Assembly: GCA_026914245.1 (NCBI GenBank) | Contig: CP110440.1 | Coordinates: 4,030,001-4,094,000 of the forward strand | DNA from: Puccinia triticina | Lineage: Eukaryota | DNA: 64,000 nucleotides | Reading direction: 5' to 3' | Part shown: piece after piece, positions 1 through 14,199 of the stretch | How the letters are laid out: every line of letters starts with the position of its first letter | Position numbering within the stretch: position 1 is the stretch's first letter | Notes under the pieces: generated by a model | Told to the model about the DNA's origin: nothing | The model's database searches: none | Seen by the model: the letters and a program-made list of their open reading frames with translations, nothing else | Program-made: the position numbers and the translations under genes

Positions 1-920
1 CATGAATTTTTTTTTGAGCCATGTGGAATATAATTACATTAAGAAAAGCCTGGTATCTTCCAAGAAGTTGACATTTCTTTGCAATGAAGATATACATGGG
101 TTCTAAGATAGTTAGGTTCACCATGGGACAAATGATGAGGAATGAAAGTTATGAAATTTTCAACTTATAGCTATTAAGAATTCACAAAGCAGCGGAGTCA
201 GGCTAAGTTGTCACTCAATGATGGTTGATAGCAGGAGTTTTGGCTTTGCCAGAGTTTGCGAGATTGAGGGGAAGTTCCCAGTTCCCCTGAGGAACTTTTG
301 ACTCCTGTGAGCTCATAGCGTTGATCGCTAGGAGAGCAGCGAGCTGGCCAAGCCATCTCCGGAATTCATTCTGGAAATGGAATAATTGGATGGCTGGAGG
401 AACACTCAAGTTTTGCTGAAATCAGAAAGACACGCACATAACCGGTGCCCTCCGAAGCGAGGGCACTGAAAAGTCAGCGGTTTGCAGGGGGCTCACTCAG
501 CGTGCCTCTGGCGAGACTTGTTTGCTCCAAGGTTTTGCGCACAGTTGCTCGGCAGTAGAGCCACACCGAAGAAAGTCATTTTGTGCTGTATGAGGAATTT
601 TATGCCAAAGGATGTCTTTTTGACGCAAAAGGAAACACATCATGCCTGTGTGTGCATAAATGTTGTAGGTATGCACGATTCGATAAATAGTTACGTAAAA
701 CGACTTCCCAGATTGAATATCCATGGAAGGGGCAGCCGAAACGAAATACCCATCCCAGGAAACCGATAATACCCAGAAAACCGTTTGTTGAGAAGGCTCG
801 ACATAGAGGATTCATAGAGGAGACCTGACGGGACTGAACTGATCGGGGGTACATACAACGTAACCGGGACCGAAAAACACACACACTCACGCACAATCAA
901 TAACAAAAGCCAGGAAGACG

Positions 921-1976
921 ATGACGGATGCCGTGTCTGCAGAGATGGAGAGTTTGGTGCCCTCACGATTAGGAACGCAGGCGTATTGGGACGACAACTA
1001 TGGCCGAGAGCTCTCGAACTTCTGTGAGGCTGGCGACGAGGGAGAGGTCTGGTTTGGGGAGGCAAGCTCGGACGAGATCCTCGACTGGATCGCGCGCTAC
1101 TTGCCCTCGCCGATGACCCCGACCAAGCTCAGTTTCTCCGGCTCAGACGACGGAGAAGGACCAGTGGCTAGTGCTCGAACTGACTCCCAGATCCTCGACG
1201 GTAACTCTCAAAAGTCCTATTCACCATGAGCCCGAGTTCACTAACCTTCTTGACCTGTTTCTCCACCAGTCGGATGCGGTAACGGGCAGCTCCTCTTCCT
1301 CCTCGCCCAGGGCGGTTACTCGGTCGAGTGTCTGGCCGGGGTTGACTATTCGGCTAGCTCGATCGAACTCACGTCACAGATCGCTCGCTCAAAAGGCATC
1401 GAAGGCCTGCGACTAGAGGTAAAGGACGTCCTCAGAGAGCCTATCGAACCGCCCCATCGGACCGGCCTATCGGACTCGAAAGGCTGGGACTTGATCACCG
1501 ATAAAGGAGTAAAGTCTTCTTGCTTCTTTATACAAACTCCAGCTTTCCATCTACCTCGCTGACCCTCTTCCCCCTCTATCCGCCGCTCATCATCGTCTTC
1601 TTACAGACTTTTGATGCTATCTGTTTGTCCGAGGAGAAGATAGACGGAAGGAAATTGGAGACCATTTATCCAGAAAAGATTCTCGACTTACTCGTCAAAC
1701 CCGGAGGCATCTTCCTAATAACTTCCTGCAATTGGACCGAAGAAGAACTCATTCAAAAATTTGTCTCTCCTAATATCGGTCTGTCCCTTTTTTACCCCTC
1801 CCATCCAAACACGAATCCTACTCCGGACCATCCTTTCCGGTGCTCATTATTGTTGATGAAATCATTTAACAATGACAGGTTTCAAGTTCCATTCCAAAAT
1901 CCCTCGTGCTTCTTTCTCATTCGGCGGTTCAAAGGGCTCGACAATAACGACGATAGCCTTCCAAGCGATCTCCTAA
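921..1976 (+). CDS. EFM4: Protein-lysine N-methyltransferase EFM4/SEE1 (METTL10 family), 4 exons
   Basis: Motifs PSRLGTQAYWD, EGEVWFGE, ILDVGCGNG (joined across GT-AG intron 1201-1269), GVDYS, DKG|TFDAI (intron 1509-1606), LITSCNWTEEEL and FSFGGSKGSTI after a last intron ending at 1878. Stop TAA at 1974-1976. Confidence 0.9.
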
Positions 1977-4377
1977 GCCTTACCGACTTACATATGCGCG
2001 ACTCACCTTACTTCAACACCTTTAACACGGTTGTATCACTAGAAACCCGCTCTCCGTTGACCATCGGTAACCACCTGAATCATACTCGTCCTCAAGCTAT
2101 ACCTATCGAATACTACACCAACACGCTTATATAGACGTATCTGAAACCTGAAAAAAAAAAAACTGACATAGAGGGAATAGAATGATGATTTAATAATCTT
2201 CTTGAGCGGGGACAAAGGATAAAGGGTAAATCCTTGACTTTCATTAGGATCACTGTGAACTAATCAAAAATTAATCCACACTTTCTAAAAAAAGATAATC
2301 AAGTAGAGATTTACATTTCAATGGTCAAGATCAATCAGTTAGATTGGTTGAGTTGAGACCAGTTCAACTGGGATACTCAAACCCAGCCAAATATGCTGGC
2401 AGCAACGGTGCAACAATGACAATACATGTATTGTATAGGCTATACATTGTATTGTATTTTCATGCAGATACACACAAATACAATAAATGTATTTTGTTTT
2501 GGTCTCACCAAACAATTCCAACAATACATCACCAGGGGAGATTTTGACACTCTTGACACTGCCAGCATAATTGGCTGGGTTGAGGTTATCCCAGTTAAAC
2601 TGGGATGAAATCAATCAATTTAAACTTGGTTGATCTCAACTGATGAAATATAAATCCAAGGTCCTTGGATTTATATTTCATTGGTCAAGATCAACTCATT
2701 TTAAATTGGTTGAGTGCATCCCAGTTAAACTGGGATGACTTCATCCCAGCCAAATATGCTGGCAGTGCTCCAGAGAGTGCTATACTGTACCCTTTTTCCA
2801 TAACTGGGCTGGATGCCTTTGATGATAGTAGTGTAAGAATTAAGGAAAAACTCTGGAACTAAACCACAAATGATCTGAAAGTGATCCTGGATTCATGCAT
2901 AAACCATCCAGAAGTCATGCAGAATTCAACTAGAACACAACTGGAACGCGGTTGAAACCACTAAGACACAATGGCCACAATCAAATCATAATTCAATTTG
3001 AGCTGTTTGTTAATTGAGATGAATTATTGGGGTTCAACTCATGTTATTTATATGCACATGAAGGTGGCCATTGTTTTCACTTTGCTAATGTAACTGTCAT
3101 GTGCCAGTGTGTAAGTTTGTTACAAATTGCAGGCTGGGCCTCCTGCAGATCAGCAACATGTACACCCCTGTTATAGTGATGTGAAGGCCCATCTGAATTG
3201 GTATATTTCCCTAAAGAAGGCCAGTATCATCTAGAATTGAGCCAAAAAAGGATGAAAGTAGGGTGAAAATATGAGTCAAGTCAACCTTGGAGGTGTGTGG
3301 TCTCAGATTTCAGATAGACATCCTGGCTTCTTAACATATATAAGCTTGTGAGTAGTTTTTGTTTTTGTTTGTTTTCCAATGTCTTCATGCACATGCATGT
3401 GATTTTTTTTCCACTTTGCCAATGTCAGCCTTAGAGATACATCAAGTATCCAAAAGACTGCAATAACTTAGTAAATAATAATAATTATTAAATTATTATT
3501 GCAGAATCAGATTCCTCATCATAAATTAAGGGGGGTCGCCCACTCAAAGTAACCCCTTATTCCTATTCCTTCATGTACTAATTGTATAAATAAGAATTGG
3601 CCCCAGAAAGCGCCCAAAAATAGTATTACATACAAAAAATTAGTAAAACAAACAAAGTAAATAAAAATAAACTGTTGTAAATTAATGAGTAATATTACTT
3701 GTGTAAAAATACCCCGTGAAAGTATTATGTAGACTTCTACTGAAGCTCTTTCACATGACAATTGGTTATAAACATGTCATGTGACAGAGTCAGGGAAATT
3801 AGTCTATTACAAATAAATTACCCACAGCCAAGCCCTGTTCACGACTACACCTCAGGATACTCCCATAGAGAGAAAAGGACTTGGTGTTTACGCCCACTGA
3901 AGTCCCCTCTATAAATAGAGGCCTATTTGGCCCTCAGGAAAAGATCCCCCAGACCATTCACTGCCCATAAACTGTAAGTTTGCCGTGAATATTCTCCTCT
4001 GCTACTATTGTAGCCACTTTTCCTTATAAACCATCCCCAGCACGTAAAATCCACTGGATTAAACCCTTTAAATCATCAAAAATCTCTTATTAGCATATTT
4101 AAATCTTTATCCTTATAAGTAGTTGCCGTAAGACCACCGCCTCTGTCAAGCAGCCAATCATTTTAAGCGCTTACCACCTACTTTTTACACCAAATTAATT
4201 CCCTGTAATTAATAATTAGGCCGCGTTTGGCAGCGTTATATGACGCGCGTAATAACCTATGCAAAGTGTATGCAAAGGCGCAATTATTAAACTGCAAATA
4301 TTACTACACCTTCATGACGCTGGTGTTTGTCTACCAGCCTCATAATCTAACCCTCCAGTCACCAAACAACGAGTAAC

Positions 4378-5703
4378 TTGGACAACTACGATGAGCTCGA
4401 CACGCTTGAAAACCCAGAAGAAATGATACTTATCACCATCTTTGTGATCATCCTGGCCACCATGAAGAGGTTACGTCAAAGGGCCATTCCGTACAACGAC
4501 CTTCCGTTTTCCGGCGCCGATTATACAGCTGCAATTCTGGGAGGGAATCCACGGCGATGTGTCTTGGTCTTTAGAATACCTGCGTCGACTTTCCTGTTCA
4601 TCAGTGAACAGTTGTTGGAGTCTGAGGTTGAGCCAGTCTCGAATCTGATGATTGAGGAGCAACTAGCCATTTTTTTATACATCGTTGGGCATAATAATAG
4701 CAATCGGCAAGCACAGGACCGCTTCCAGCACTCTGGGGAAACAATTTCAAGGTAAGTGCCATTTCCCTGAAGTTGATTATGTTCTTCTGGTCATTTTTCT
4801 GATACTATTTCTTTTGGATGGAAGAGTTTTTAGGCATATTGTGGAGTTGTTTGTGGTGATTTCTGAAAAATTCATAAGCAGTCCTCCAGTCAATCGGACT
4901 CACGGTCACATCAAGTCAAATACAAAATTTTCACCTTTTTTTGATCAATGCTTGGGGGCTCTTGATGGAGTGCACATTCCGGCTTCCGTACCGGCAATGC
5001 AAGCTGCGGCTCATCGAAATCGAAAGGGATTTCTTTCCCAGAACATATTAGGAGTATGTGACTTCAGCATGAAGTTCACATATTTGCGAGTGGGATGGGA
5101 AGGAACTGCTCATGATTCGCGTGTACTGGAGGATGCTCGATTGAAGGATTTCTCGATACCATCTGGTAGTTTCTACCTAGGTGATGCAGGGTATGCTCTG
5201 GATTGGGGAATTTTGGTACCATACCGAGGGACACGATACCATCTGCGAGAGCAAGGAATGGCTAATCAAAGGTATTTTTCTTCCTTTATTTGAGCCTGCC
5301 TTGAAACATAGCTGATGATTTTATGTGCAGGCCGGCAAACTGCAAAGAGTTGTTTAATCTGCGGCATTCAAGCCTTCGAAACATCATTGAGCAAAGTTTT
5401 GGGGTCTTGAAGCAGCGATTCAAGATTCTCACCACCGCTAGCGAGTATCGACTGGAGCAACAATACAACATCGTGATGGCTTGTGCATGTATACATAACA
5501 TCAATATAAACCAAAATGGCGACATGGATGAGGTCTTTGAGGTATCTAACTTGGCAATGAGGAATCAAGCACCTAAATCTGCGATCCCTGAGGAGGAACT
5601 TAGCAACCTCCAAGACCAAGAGGAGTGTGAAAATTGGAGAGATTCCATTGCTCAAGGGCTCTGGGAACAGTATGAGGCTACTCTCAAGACTCGTTTTGGT
5701 TGA
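4378..5703 (+). CDS. Harbinger DDE transposase (HARBI1-like); exact start uncertain (in-frame ATG at 4423)
   Basis: Motifs EEQLAIFLY, RFQHSGETISR, GALDGVHI, GWEGTAHDSRVL, YLGDAGY and FNLRHSSLRNIIEQSFGVLKQRFKIL. GT-AG introns 4752-4824 and 5272-5330 join the ORFs in frame. Confidence 0.92.
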
Positions 5704-5861
5704 TTGGGTGTTCTCACTTGGCTATTCCTTTTTTGGTTTTTTTTTTTTGCTTATTTTTTTTTGTTTAAAATAAAATGGTTCAAGAACCCATTTGCTATAG
5801 AATGAAAAAAAACATATGTATTGATTGCTATGGGTGTGCACAAATACAACAATTGCTGAAA

Positions 5862-7025
5862 TCAATTGATAATCTCGTCCATCTGTTGGTCAAGCCATCT
5901 TGAGCGGAGTTCCTTGTTGTGAATACTGATGAAGGTCTGGGCGCTTAAGTCGTCCCGAGATATTTTGAATGCTTGTAAGGATTTGTTCTGGCTGGCTTCC
6001 GATGCATGCTCCAACTGATAGAGAGCAATTGCTTGTTGGAGATTGGTAGGTGACTGGCGAGGTTGACTTGTGGATGATGATCTTACTTCTTCAATACGAT
6101 TGACTTGTTTACGGGATGCCTCCAGATAGGAAACAAGACCCTCAATTGCGACTGCTACTGAATCCTTTTTTGTATGAGAGCGAGAAAGATATGCCAATGG
6201 ACTAGGTGTCTGTCGATTCGTAGTTTCGGCAGGGTTTGGTGAGTTATCAATGATTGGTGCCTCGTCATTTGGGTTCTGAGAAGAATCCGGGGAAGGAAGG
6301 ATGCCTGCCGCTCAAGCCTGAAGTTGCGCAACACGATTGCTGACCGAGCAAGAATTATCTCCTGTTGCCGCTGAGGTCCCAAATATGATCTCCAGCTTGC
6401 GATATTCAGGAAAGGGGCTGCCTTGAAACTTTTGCGCACGTGGGTGCGACTTTAAAACAGAGTCAGCCTCATTGTTACATGCCCATGACCATAAGAAATA
6501 ACTCACCTCCAAAAACTTCTCCCAGACATCGTCCGAGGCTATCACATTGCAATTAGTTTCATCCCAACCAAACCCGCTCGCATTTTTACACGCTGTAAAG
6601 GCATCATAGTCCTTTTTGAAGGACTGGCTGAGCTTAGATTTTACTTTGGTGTAATCCAGGTGGTTTCCAACTTCCGGAAAGGCGTTTCTGATAGCTTGCG
6701 CAACATGCCGATGAGAAGCGCTTTGAAAACCGGAGTCCAATCGCTTTCCTCGGTGGACCTCCTCGACGTAAAGATCAAGCATTAAGAGCTCCATTGGACC
6801 CGTCCAGAGAAGCTTTTTGCGGTTCGCGCCAGACAGCCTCGTCTCGTTGTCTGGATCCACAGATTTGGTCTCACGTGATCGGATGGGTCCAGGCAAGCAA
6901 CCTCCTCGACCTCCTTGTGTATTTCCTCGTCCACGGGTGTTGGATCCTGGCTGGCTGAAAGTCCTCGAAAAATCAGAGTCCATTTGTTGAGCTGACCGAA
7001 TTGGGTCGACAAGTTCTTCGTCCAT
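5862..7025 (-). pseudogene. Harbinger Myb/SANT-like DNA-binding protein with one premature stop
   Basis: Motifs LLWTGPMELLMLDLY, SGFGWDE, VWEKFLE|SHPRAQKF (57-bp intron 6450-6506) and FPEYRKLEIIFG. An in-frame TGA at 6312-6314 interrupts a frame that continues to 5862. Confidence 0.85.
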
Positions 7026-8034
7026 TGTTGATTGGAGTGCAGCGTAGTGAAATTCTGCAGCGTAGTAAGGGCAGCGTAATGATACAGTTGGTCATTAGAT
7101 ATATATTGGTATCATGACGTTTATGCCAAACACCAAGTGTCGTAATGGCAGATGTCACAATTATTTATCGCGCAATTATTGCGCTGCCAAATGCGGCCTT
7201 ACATATTATTAATTACATAATTAATCCCCCTCTGTTACAGAGTGTGAAACACTTGTAGTGGCCTTATTTGCCACGTAACAAGTTTGGTAATTTAAATTAC
7301 CAGTGTTTAAATCAGTACAGTTATAGTACTAGGGCCCAAAACCCTTATTTTGACGGGTTTTCTGCCCTAAGTTTCATAAACAGAGCTGTCAGCCAATTTC
7401 ACCTTTGTGCACCGCGTACATTAGGGTGACAGATCACTGGAGGGGCCTTTCACAGCTCCATTAAAAGTAAACACTGGTTGGAAAGCCATGAAAGCCCCCA
7501 AAAGTTGCATTTACGCTGTTTGGAACCCCTTTGACATGGAGAAATTGATCAACAGAAATTCATCACAAATGAGTAAAAATTGGGCATTGATTAAGTATTA
7601 TTTCATGACAGATTGTAATTAAGTTATCCTTAGAAAATTAAATGGTTCTATACAACATTGCACAAGGTCCTGTGATAATTCCGCATCACTTCTGACACAC
7701 TTCCCATTGACTTCTGGAGAATTTATCAATCATTTCCTAATCCACATCTGACTCACATAAGACCCAGAACAAAATAAAATTAGACTCTGGCACTCTCTGG
7801 AGAGTGCATCAAATTCTCCACTGGTGCATGTGTACACTTTTTGGAAAAAAAATACGATACAGATACATGTATTTTTAATTTTTTCCAATACAATACAGTC
7901 CAATACAATTACATGTATTGTACTTGTTGCGCCGTTTTTGGCAGTGTTAACTAATTGAATTGCAAGATCTTTAGTGGGAAAAATCAAGACGGGGAAATGT
8001 ACACATCCTGAAGCCTGAGGAGACTCAGTACCAA

Positions 8035-8667
8035 CAACACCGCAAGAGCTACGCTTCGCTACAAAAAGCGGCGCTTTTGTGTAGCGAAGCGGGGGACCGC
8101 TTTTTCAAATGACAATTAGCAATAGCGCGAGCGGAAGGCCGCTACTTAAAGCGGTAGCGAAGCACCAGTACCACTACTTCAAATATGATTAGCGCGCAGC
8201 GCAGCGAATTTTTTTCCGCTTTCGCTAAAGTTGAGCGTAGCGGCGAAATCGGCGCTTTTTGGCGCTATTAGCGCCTTGTAGCGCCAAAAGCGTAGCAAAT
8301 GGGGCAGCTTTTCTTGAAAAAGCGTAGCGGGCCAGTCCGCCTTTCTGTGGAAACTGCCTTAGATGAAAATTAATCATCAATCCTCCATCAATTATGATGC
8401 TGGGGATTGATATTGGAATGTTGCTACAGTAGCGCAGCAAAATTGCTCAAGTAGTGTTTTTTCTGCTACTGTAGCAATAAGCGTAGCGGAATTCTGCTAT
8501 TCACCGCTGAAAATAGCTCGCTATTTTTGCGGATCTTTTCTGCTTGAAAAAAAAAAAGCGAAAAGCGTAGCGCCCAGTCCGCTACTAAAAGCGCAGCGAA
8601 GTGGGACCCAAATCGCTACGCTTTTGCTACGCTTACCGCTTTGCGTAGCGTAGCTCTTGTGGTGTTG
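8035..8667. mobile_element. MITE with CAAC...GTTG ends, 7-bp TSD, internal agcgtagcg/cgctac repeats
   Basis: 21-bp TIR caacaccgcaagagctacgct (1 mismatch). GTACCAA flanks both sides (8028-8034, 8668-8674). Confidence 0.85.
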
Positions 8668-9026
8668 GTACCAAACAAGAGATGTCCTGCAGGCCAGTCC
8701 AGATGCAGACATTTCTTCAAGCTCAACCAGCCTCTTGTGTCCAAGGTTGGGTTGCAGGGCTGACAGCATTGCCAAATTGCCCCAATGACCTCCTTAAATT
8801 AGATATATTGAAAAATTGACTCCCAAAAATGAATTTTACAACTCCCAAACATTGCAGACACCTGGAAGACCAGATTTTGACGTCTGGCCCGGGTCCCCAG
8901 TACCAAAATTTGGTCCGGAAATTTTTTGGGAGTTGGAATACAAATTCCACTATCCAGAATGGGAGTCAGAAATTTAAATTCACAAAAAATGCCTGAAATG
9001 TGGAAAAATTTATAACTCCTCATTGG

Positions 9027-9908
9027 CACTGCAAGAAAAACTCTAGGAACTGCTTGCAGTTGAGATGCATAAAGCTTGAATCAAGCCTCAGCTCAAGCTG
9101 GAGTCAAGCATCTAAATTCTACAGTAGGCTGAGGCAAAATTTCAACCTTGCAAATGAGCATCCCCCTGAGCACCCTTTTATTTGCTTTTGGTAAATGGCC
9201 CATTGAATCCAGCCAGAATAACATAAAAAGGGTATGCGCACATGAAAGGGATATGTACATATGAAAGGACTATATAGGGGTATGTATGCATGAAAGGGGT
9301 ATGTGCAGTAAGGGGTATTTGCACATGAAAAGGATTTGTAAACATCAAAGTTTTGGTACATGTAGGTGACATGTACATAGTCCTTGACTATGCAACCTGT
9401 CACACATATCTTGTAGATACTATATAGTTCATTCCACGGCTTTGTAATGAACACTATTGATTCTCTGAGCTTCATCTCCAGCACAAAGGGGTACATAAAC
9501 CTGAATGATGAAAGGGGTATTGAAAGGGATGTAAAAAACTCAAAGGACATGTAAACATGAAAGGGTCATGAAAGCATGATGAAAGGGGTATGTACACATT
9601 GTGAAATGGATACATGCACATGAAAGGGGTATGTGCACATAAAGGGGTATGTACAATGAATAGGGTGAGTGCATACAAAAGGGATGTGTGCACATGAAAG
9701 GGGAATTTTCACATGAAAGGTGAATTTGCACAGGTATCAACTCATTATTTTGGAGCCTTTACTCAGTTTTCTGTACCTTAGACTCACTCTTGCATAAATT
9801 ATACAATCTGCATGAAATCAACCTGTGCTTGATTCTTGCATGAGGCACAGCTTGCCTTGAGCTCTTGCATCTCAACTGCAAGCAGTTTCTAGAGTTTCTC
9901 TTGTAGTA
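9027..9908. mobile_element. Non-autonomous CACTA/EnSpm-like element with internal tandem repeats
   Basis: ~43-bp TIR cactgcaagaaaaactctaggaactgcttgcagttgagatgca; the right end reads tacta on the minus strand. 3-bp flanks tgg / cgg. Internal ~19-bp catgaaaggggtatgtgca repeats. Confidence 0.75.
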
Positions 9909-9931
9909 CGGGGTGCCTAAAGCCCCCCAAT

Positions 9932-12389
9932 TAGGGATGGCCGCGGGTACCCGGAATCCGTCGGCGGGTACTGGCCAGCGGATACCGGGTGCGGGTGCGG
10001 GTGTCAGGGCTAGCCAAAAATTCAATACCTGGGTACCCGCCTATCTGACCAAGCAATATGCATGCAAAGGGTTACACATGCATATGGATCCGTGAGCTTG
10101 CACATCCACCACCCCATTGAGCTCCTCATTGATCTTGTCACCCCCATTGATCTAATCCCCTCCATCAGCTCAAACAAACTTGTAACCCCTCCTCCAATAC
10201 CGGCCCATCGCAATGACAAGGAGCAGCAAGAAGTGTCACAAGTTACCCTCTTCACCTGCATCCTTGGTCAAAAGTACCACAGCTCAATCTCAAGAACCAA
10301 CTCAACAAAGACAAAAGGCCACCCACTCCAATTCCAATGATGAAACTCAAATCACGAATGTGGATACCACTACACCTGGAGCCAGTCAAAAAATCAATAT
10401 TGATGATGATTTGGACAAACGGGAGCTTGGTAAGCCTGTTTTATCATTCCTTTTTGCTGGTAAATATCCGGAATGACTGACAAAAATCAAAAAAAAAAAA
10501 AAACAGGAAAGGCAATGAAACTACATGAAAATCAGCTAAGTGCATGTTACTCAAGTTTTGACCCCCCCCCCCCCTCCTTTCGCATTGTCTGGACAAAAAC
10601 GGTCAAAAAATGATTGCATACCCCTGCAAGAGGTGCGTAGATTCTCTGACCTGAACGTGGTTTTGATGTTTACTGATCAGATCAATCATTTTACCTTCCA
10701 GCTGTGGAAAAAAATCTCTTGTCCGAGGTATGAAAACTACACAAAAAACCTTGCAAAGCATGTCGCCACCTGCCTTAAAAAACAACAAGAGGATCTCAAA
10801 TCTCAAAAACTTGTTTTGTTGGGGGTATCCGGAACTGGGGATATTGATCCTCGTGAAGTGAGTCATCACAATATCCCCAACATTTGAATTTGTTCCTCCA
10901 CTGACCCGTTTTTGGATTCAACAGGTTCCACAGCTCTGTGCAATTTACAACGTCACCATACTTCCATGTCCAATGTATGGCCCATGTTATTAACCTAGTG
11001 GTCAAGGATGGTCTCAAGGTTGTAGGTCCCGCAGTCGAGTCACTCCGAAATAGTGTTCAGTACATCCACGGATCTTTGTCTCGGATGGATGCCTTCAACA
11101 AGGCTCTTGTTTCTGTGAATCTAGCCAAAGACATGAAACACCCATCCAAGGATGTAACAACCCAATGGAACGCGACCTTCTTAATGATCAAGTCATCAAT
11201 GCCATGTAAGTTGGCCTTCCAGCAAATCAATCTTGAAGACAACAAATTTGAAACTTGCCCAAGCGAAGCACAATGGGAGGAACTTGGTGTCATCCAAGAT
11301 TTCCTCGAGCCTTTCTACCAAGGCAAGCTTATTTGAATCTTACTGTGAGCATCCATCAAACATCTACTGATATATTTTCTCTCAGCCACCCTTGTCTTAA
11401 GTGGAACACAGTATCCAACCATCAACCATGCCTACCACGCGATGACCGCCATTCAGAAGCAACTAGCCCACTACACCGAACCTCGCACCTGCCCCAGTGA
11501 AATAGAATCTCGCCTCCATGATATGGTCAAGCCAATGCTTGAGAAGTTTCACAAGTACTGGGATTCATCAAAGGAGCTTGCGGCAATTGGACTGATTCTA
11601 GACCCCCGATATAAGATTTGTTATCTTTGCTACAGCCTTGAGCAGCAATCCCACCTCCCAACATCTGAGGTTGATTCTTTCACAGCAAAGGTTAGGTTTT
11701 CCATCCTATTGCTTTGGAACCAATATGTACCCCCTCAATCACCTGTCGCCGAACAATCCACTCAACCCGCCTCAACGGCCAAGGTTAAAAAGATCGACAA
11801 AGATCTATCCAGGTTCAACGAATACATGGCCGGTACCATGTCTGGACATCAACTCAATGCGCCCGGAGCCGAATTGGATTTGTATCTAGAAGAACGGAAC
11901 ATTGTCTGTGACCCCAATAGCGAGGACAATCAGTTCAATATTCTTGGCTGGTGGGAGGGAAATGCGGCTCAATTCCCTTCATTGTCCCAGTTTGCAAGAA
12001 TAATGCTCATGATTCCCATGACATCTGTGGCATCGGAGTCGGCTTTCTCAACGAGTGGGTGTGTGCTGGACGATTATCGGATGTGGCTTAATGATGAAAC
12101 AGTCGACGCATTGTTGTGCACTCAAGACTGGATCAAAGCAGCCAGGGCCAAGGAATCTTCTTAAATTGCTATTTTTATTTTCATATGTTGTAACCGGTGA
12201 AAGGTTGTAATGCAGCCTGAGTCTGACTGGCGAAATAGCGGGCAGCCTGCAGGCCGCCCGTGGGCTGCCCGCCACCCGCCCGTTTAGTAAACGGGTTTGG
12301 GCCGGGCTGCGTTCTTGGCTGCACTGGCCCGGCCCGGCCTTTCCGCTAACTTCACGGGCTGGCCCGAGCCTGCCCAATAGCCATCCTTA
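9932..12389 (+). mobile_element. Decayed hAT transposon
   Basis: Ends tagggatggc / gccatcctta with GC-rich subterminal repeats (ggtacccg; gcccg) and a transposase remnant inside. No matching TSD. Confidence 0.7.
10540..12164 (+). pseudogene. hAT transposase remnant (BED-finger-like remnant, CxxH, dimerisation domain)
   Basis: Motifs HVQCMAHVINLVVKDGL, KDVTTQWNATF (cf. TRWNS), ILDPRYK and WW...FPSLSQFARIMLMIPMTSVASESAFS. The first catalytic region appears deleted and the N-terminal part is broken. Confidence 0.85.
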
Positions 12390-14199
12390 CTTTCAGCTTT
12401 AAGTTTGTGCATATTATTTTTGTTGTATTGTGTTTTTCTGGGGAGATTGTTTCCTACCCTGGATTTGTGCGCAATAAACACCAACTCTCTAATATTTCTC
12501 AGATGTTATTGTTGACATTGTCAATTGCACATTGCGTGCCACTACCATGAGTGAGCAGACAAAACCTGCAAGATTTTGTGCCAGCTTCATCTTTCCGTGG
12601 ACGGTTGGACACAGTATTTGTGGTTGGGTGCCATACATATGGTGTGCATTGATTTATGTGCCACTGTGCATTGGATGTCTGGTCTGGCCGCCCTGTTTGG
12701 TGGATGCGCTTCAAGCAACTAACCAATTTTGCCTGCTTCTGTCTGGTGACGTAGAATGTGGACGGCGGATTGCGCGAGGGGGTGGAAGATGGCTTCATGA
12801 AGCCATTGTGGGGCCAGGTCCTGTCGTGAGATGTAAGGATCAGCCCGTCCCCAGAAGTTCTATGTAGTGCACCTGGGGTGTATGTGGTTGGTTTCCCTTG
12901 AGTCCGGACCTATATGGAGGCTTGGAGCCAACTTTTTGGCCAACATCTTTTGATTTTCAGAATTTTAATTCTTGGTGTAAATTTTCAAGTCCCACCACCT
13001 GAAACTGGAATCCAGCGGTCAAATATTAATTCCACTGCCAAACTGGACAGATTTGACAGAGTCTGTAATGATTGCCCATTCATACTGGCCAAATAATCTG
13101 CCTGGGTGCCAAAGAAGATTCCACAATAATCACATGGCTCATGTACATGCTGTAACAGAGGCATACCTTAACCAACCTTTTGATGACCAGAGCAGAGCGG
13201 TCATTGAGAGAGTGCGTAACCCTCTTGATGACCGGCTTAAACTATGCCAATCAGCAAGGGGAGCTCTTGATGACCTGTATAAACTATGCCGGTGTGAGAC
13301 TCCAAAAGCGGTTTGCACCTCTTACGGCTGAATTTAGAGAAGTATGTGTGGGGAAACCCCTGCTTCTCTGAAAGACAAAGACTGACAACACCCCCAGCTA
13401 GGATGGAAGCAAGAAGACAGTGGTCTAGTTTAGCTGAATACTTTTCTCACAAGTGGCTCACAATGGACTGTGTATTGCAAAATATAAAGCTAGTATTTTA
13501 TTATGTGGCAGAGAGTGTGAGGGTGACAATTTATTTGAATCTTGTGGGGGAATGATCTCCTTGATTTGATTGGGAAAAAAGGAAGAGAGAGCCCCTCCTT
13601 ATATAGGAAAATGTGAGGCATTTGTGCTGGTGGTCTATGTACATGAGGGGTTTTGGCTGGTGTGCCTTTTACAAATGAGATATTTTGGCTGGTCTGCTGT
13701 GCAGAATACAGCTATGTACAGTCTTGCAGTTTAGACATGAGCAAATTTAGCTGGTGATCTAGTAACAAGTGTGGCTTACACAGCCCTCTGGTTGCTATGG
13801 AATCTTCTCAAGTGACCTGCACAGCTTTCAGTATTGTTGTGTAGTACAGCTTTCAGTATTGCTGTGTAGTCTGCTTGAGTGACTTGCACAGCCCCATGGT
13901 TACTATGCAGCTTTATTAATGTGGCTTTTGGTTGCTAGGATACTGCAATAAGTGGCTTGTGCCATGGTTGCTACACAGCTGCATATGAGGCTGGCTGGTT
14001 GCTACACAGCCACCTACATACACACAGATTCATGTAAAAGGGTAGTATGTAAGCTATATAAATGCAGTTGTGTACAGCTGTGTATGTAAACTGAAGGGGG
14101 TGTGTGTGTCAAAAGAGGGTGTAATGTAACACCACATATGTAAATTATAAATTTTTGCATTTTTCCATCCAGAACAAAAGCGTCTACCACACTGTTCAT

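Larger units (their letters stand above)
4219..7198. mobile_element. PIF/Harbinger DNA transposon, full-length two-gene form
   Basis: 17-bp TIRs GGCCGCGTTTGGCAGCG / CGCTGCCAAATGCGGCC (1 mismatch) and TTA TSD at 4216-4218 and 7199-7201. Convergent transposase and Myb/SANT-like genes lie inside. Confidence 0.95.
2531..7825. mobile_element. Non-autonomous TIR element (accagggg-type), relative of 32599-33671
   Basis: Ends accaggggagattttgacactc and gagtgcatcaaattctccactggt. The segment near 2770-2820 resembles the reverse complement of 33600-33645. Confidence 0.45.
2403..7937. mobile_element. CAAC-ended MITE split by nested insertions
   Basis: Imperfect ~30-bp TIRs: caacggtgcaacaatgacaatacatgtattgtat vs the reverse complement of about 7903-7937. 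Flanks ctggcag / ttggcag form a 7-bp TSD (6/7 match). Confidence 0.6.

Noticed and set aside
9119..9740. ORFs with repeated TYPFH/HTPF motifs
   Set aside because: They are translations of the tandem repeat inside the CACTA-like element.
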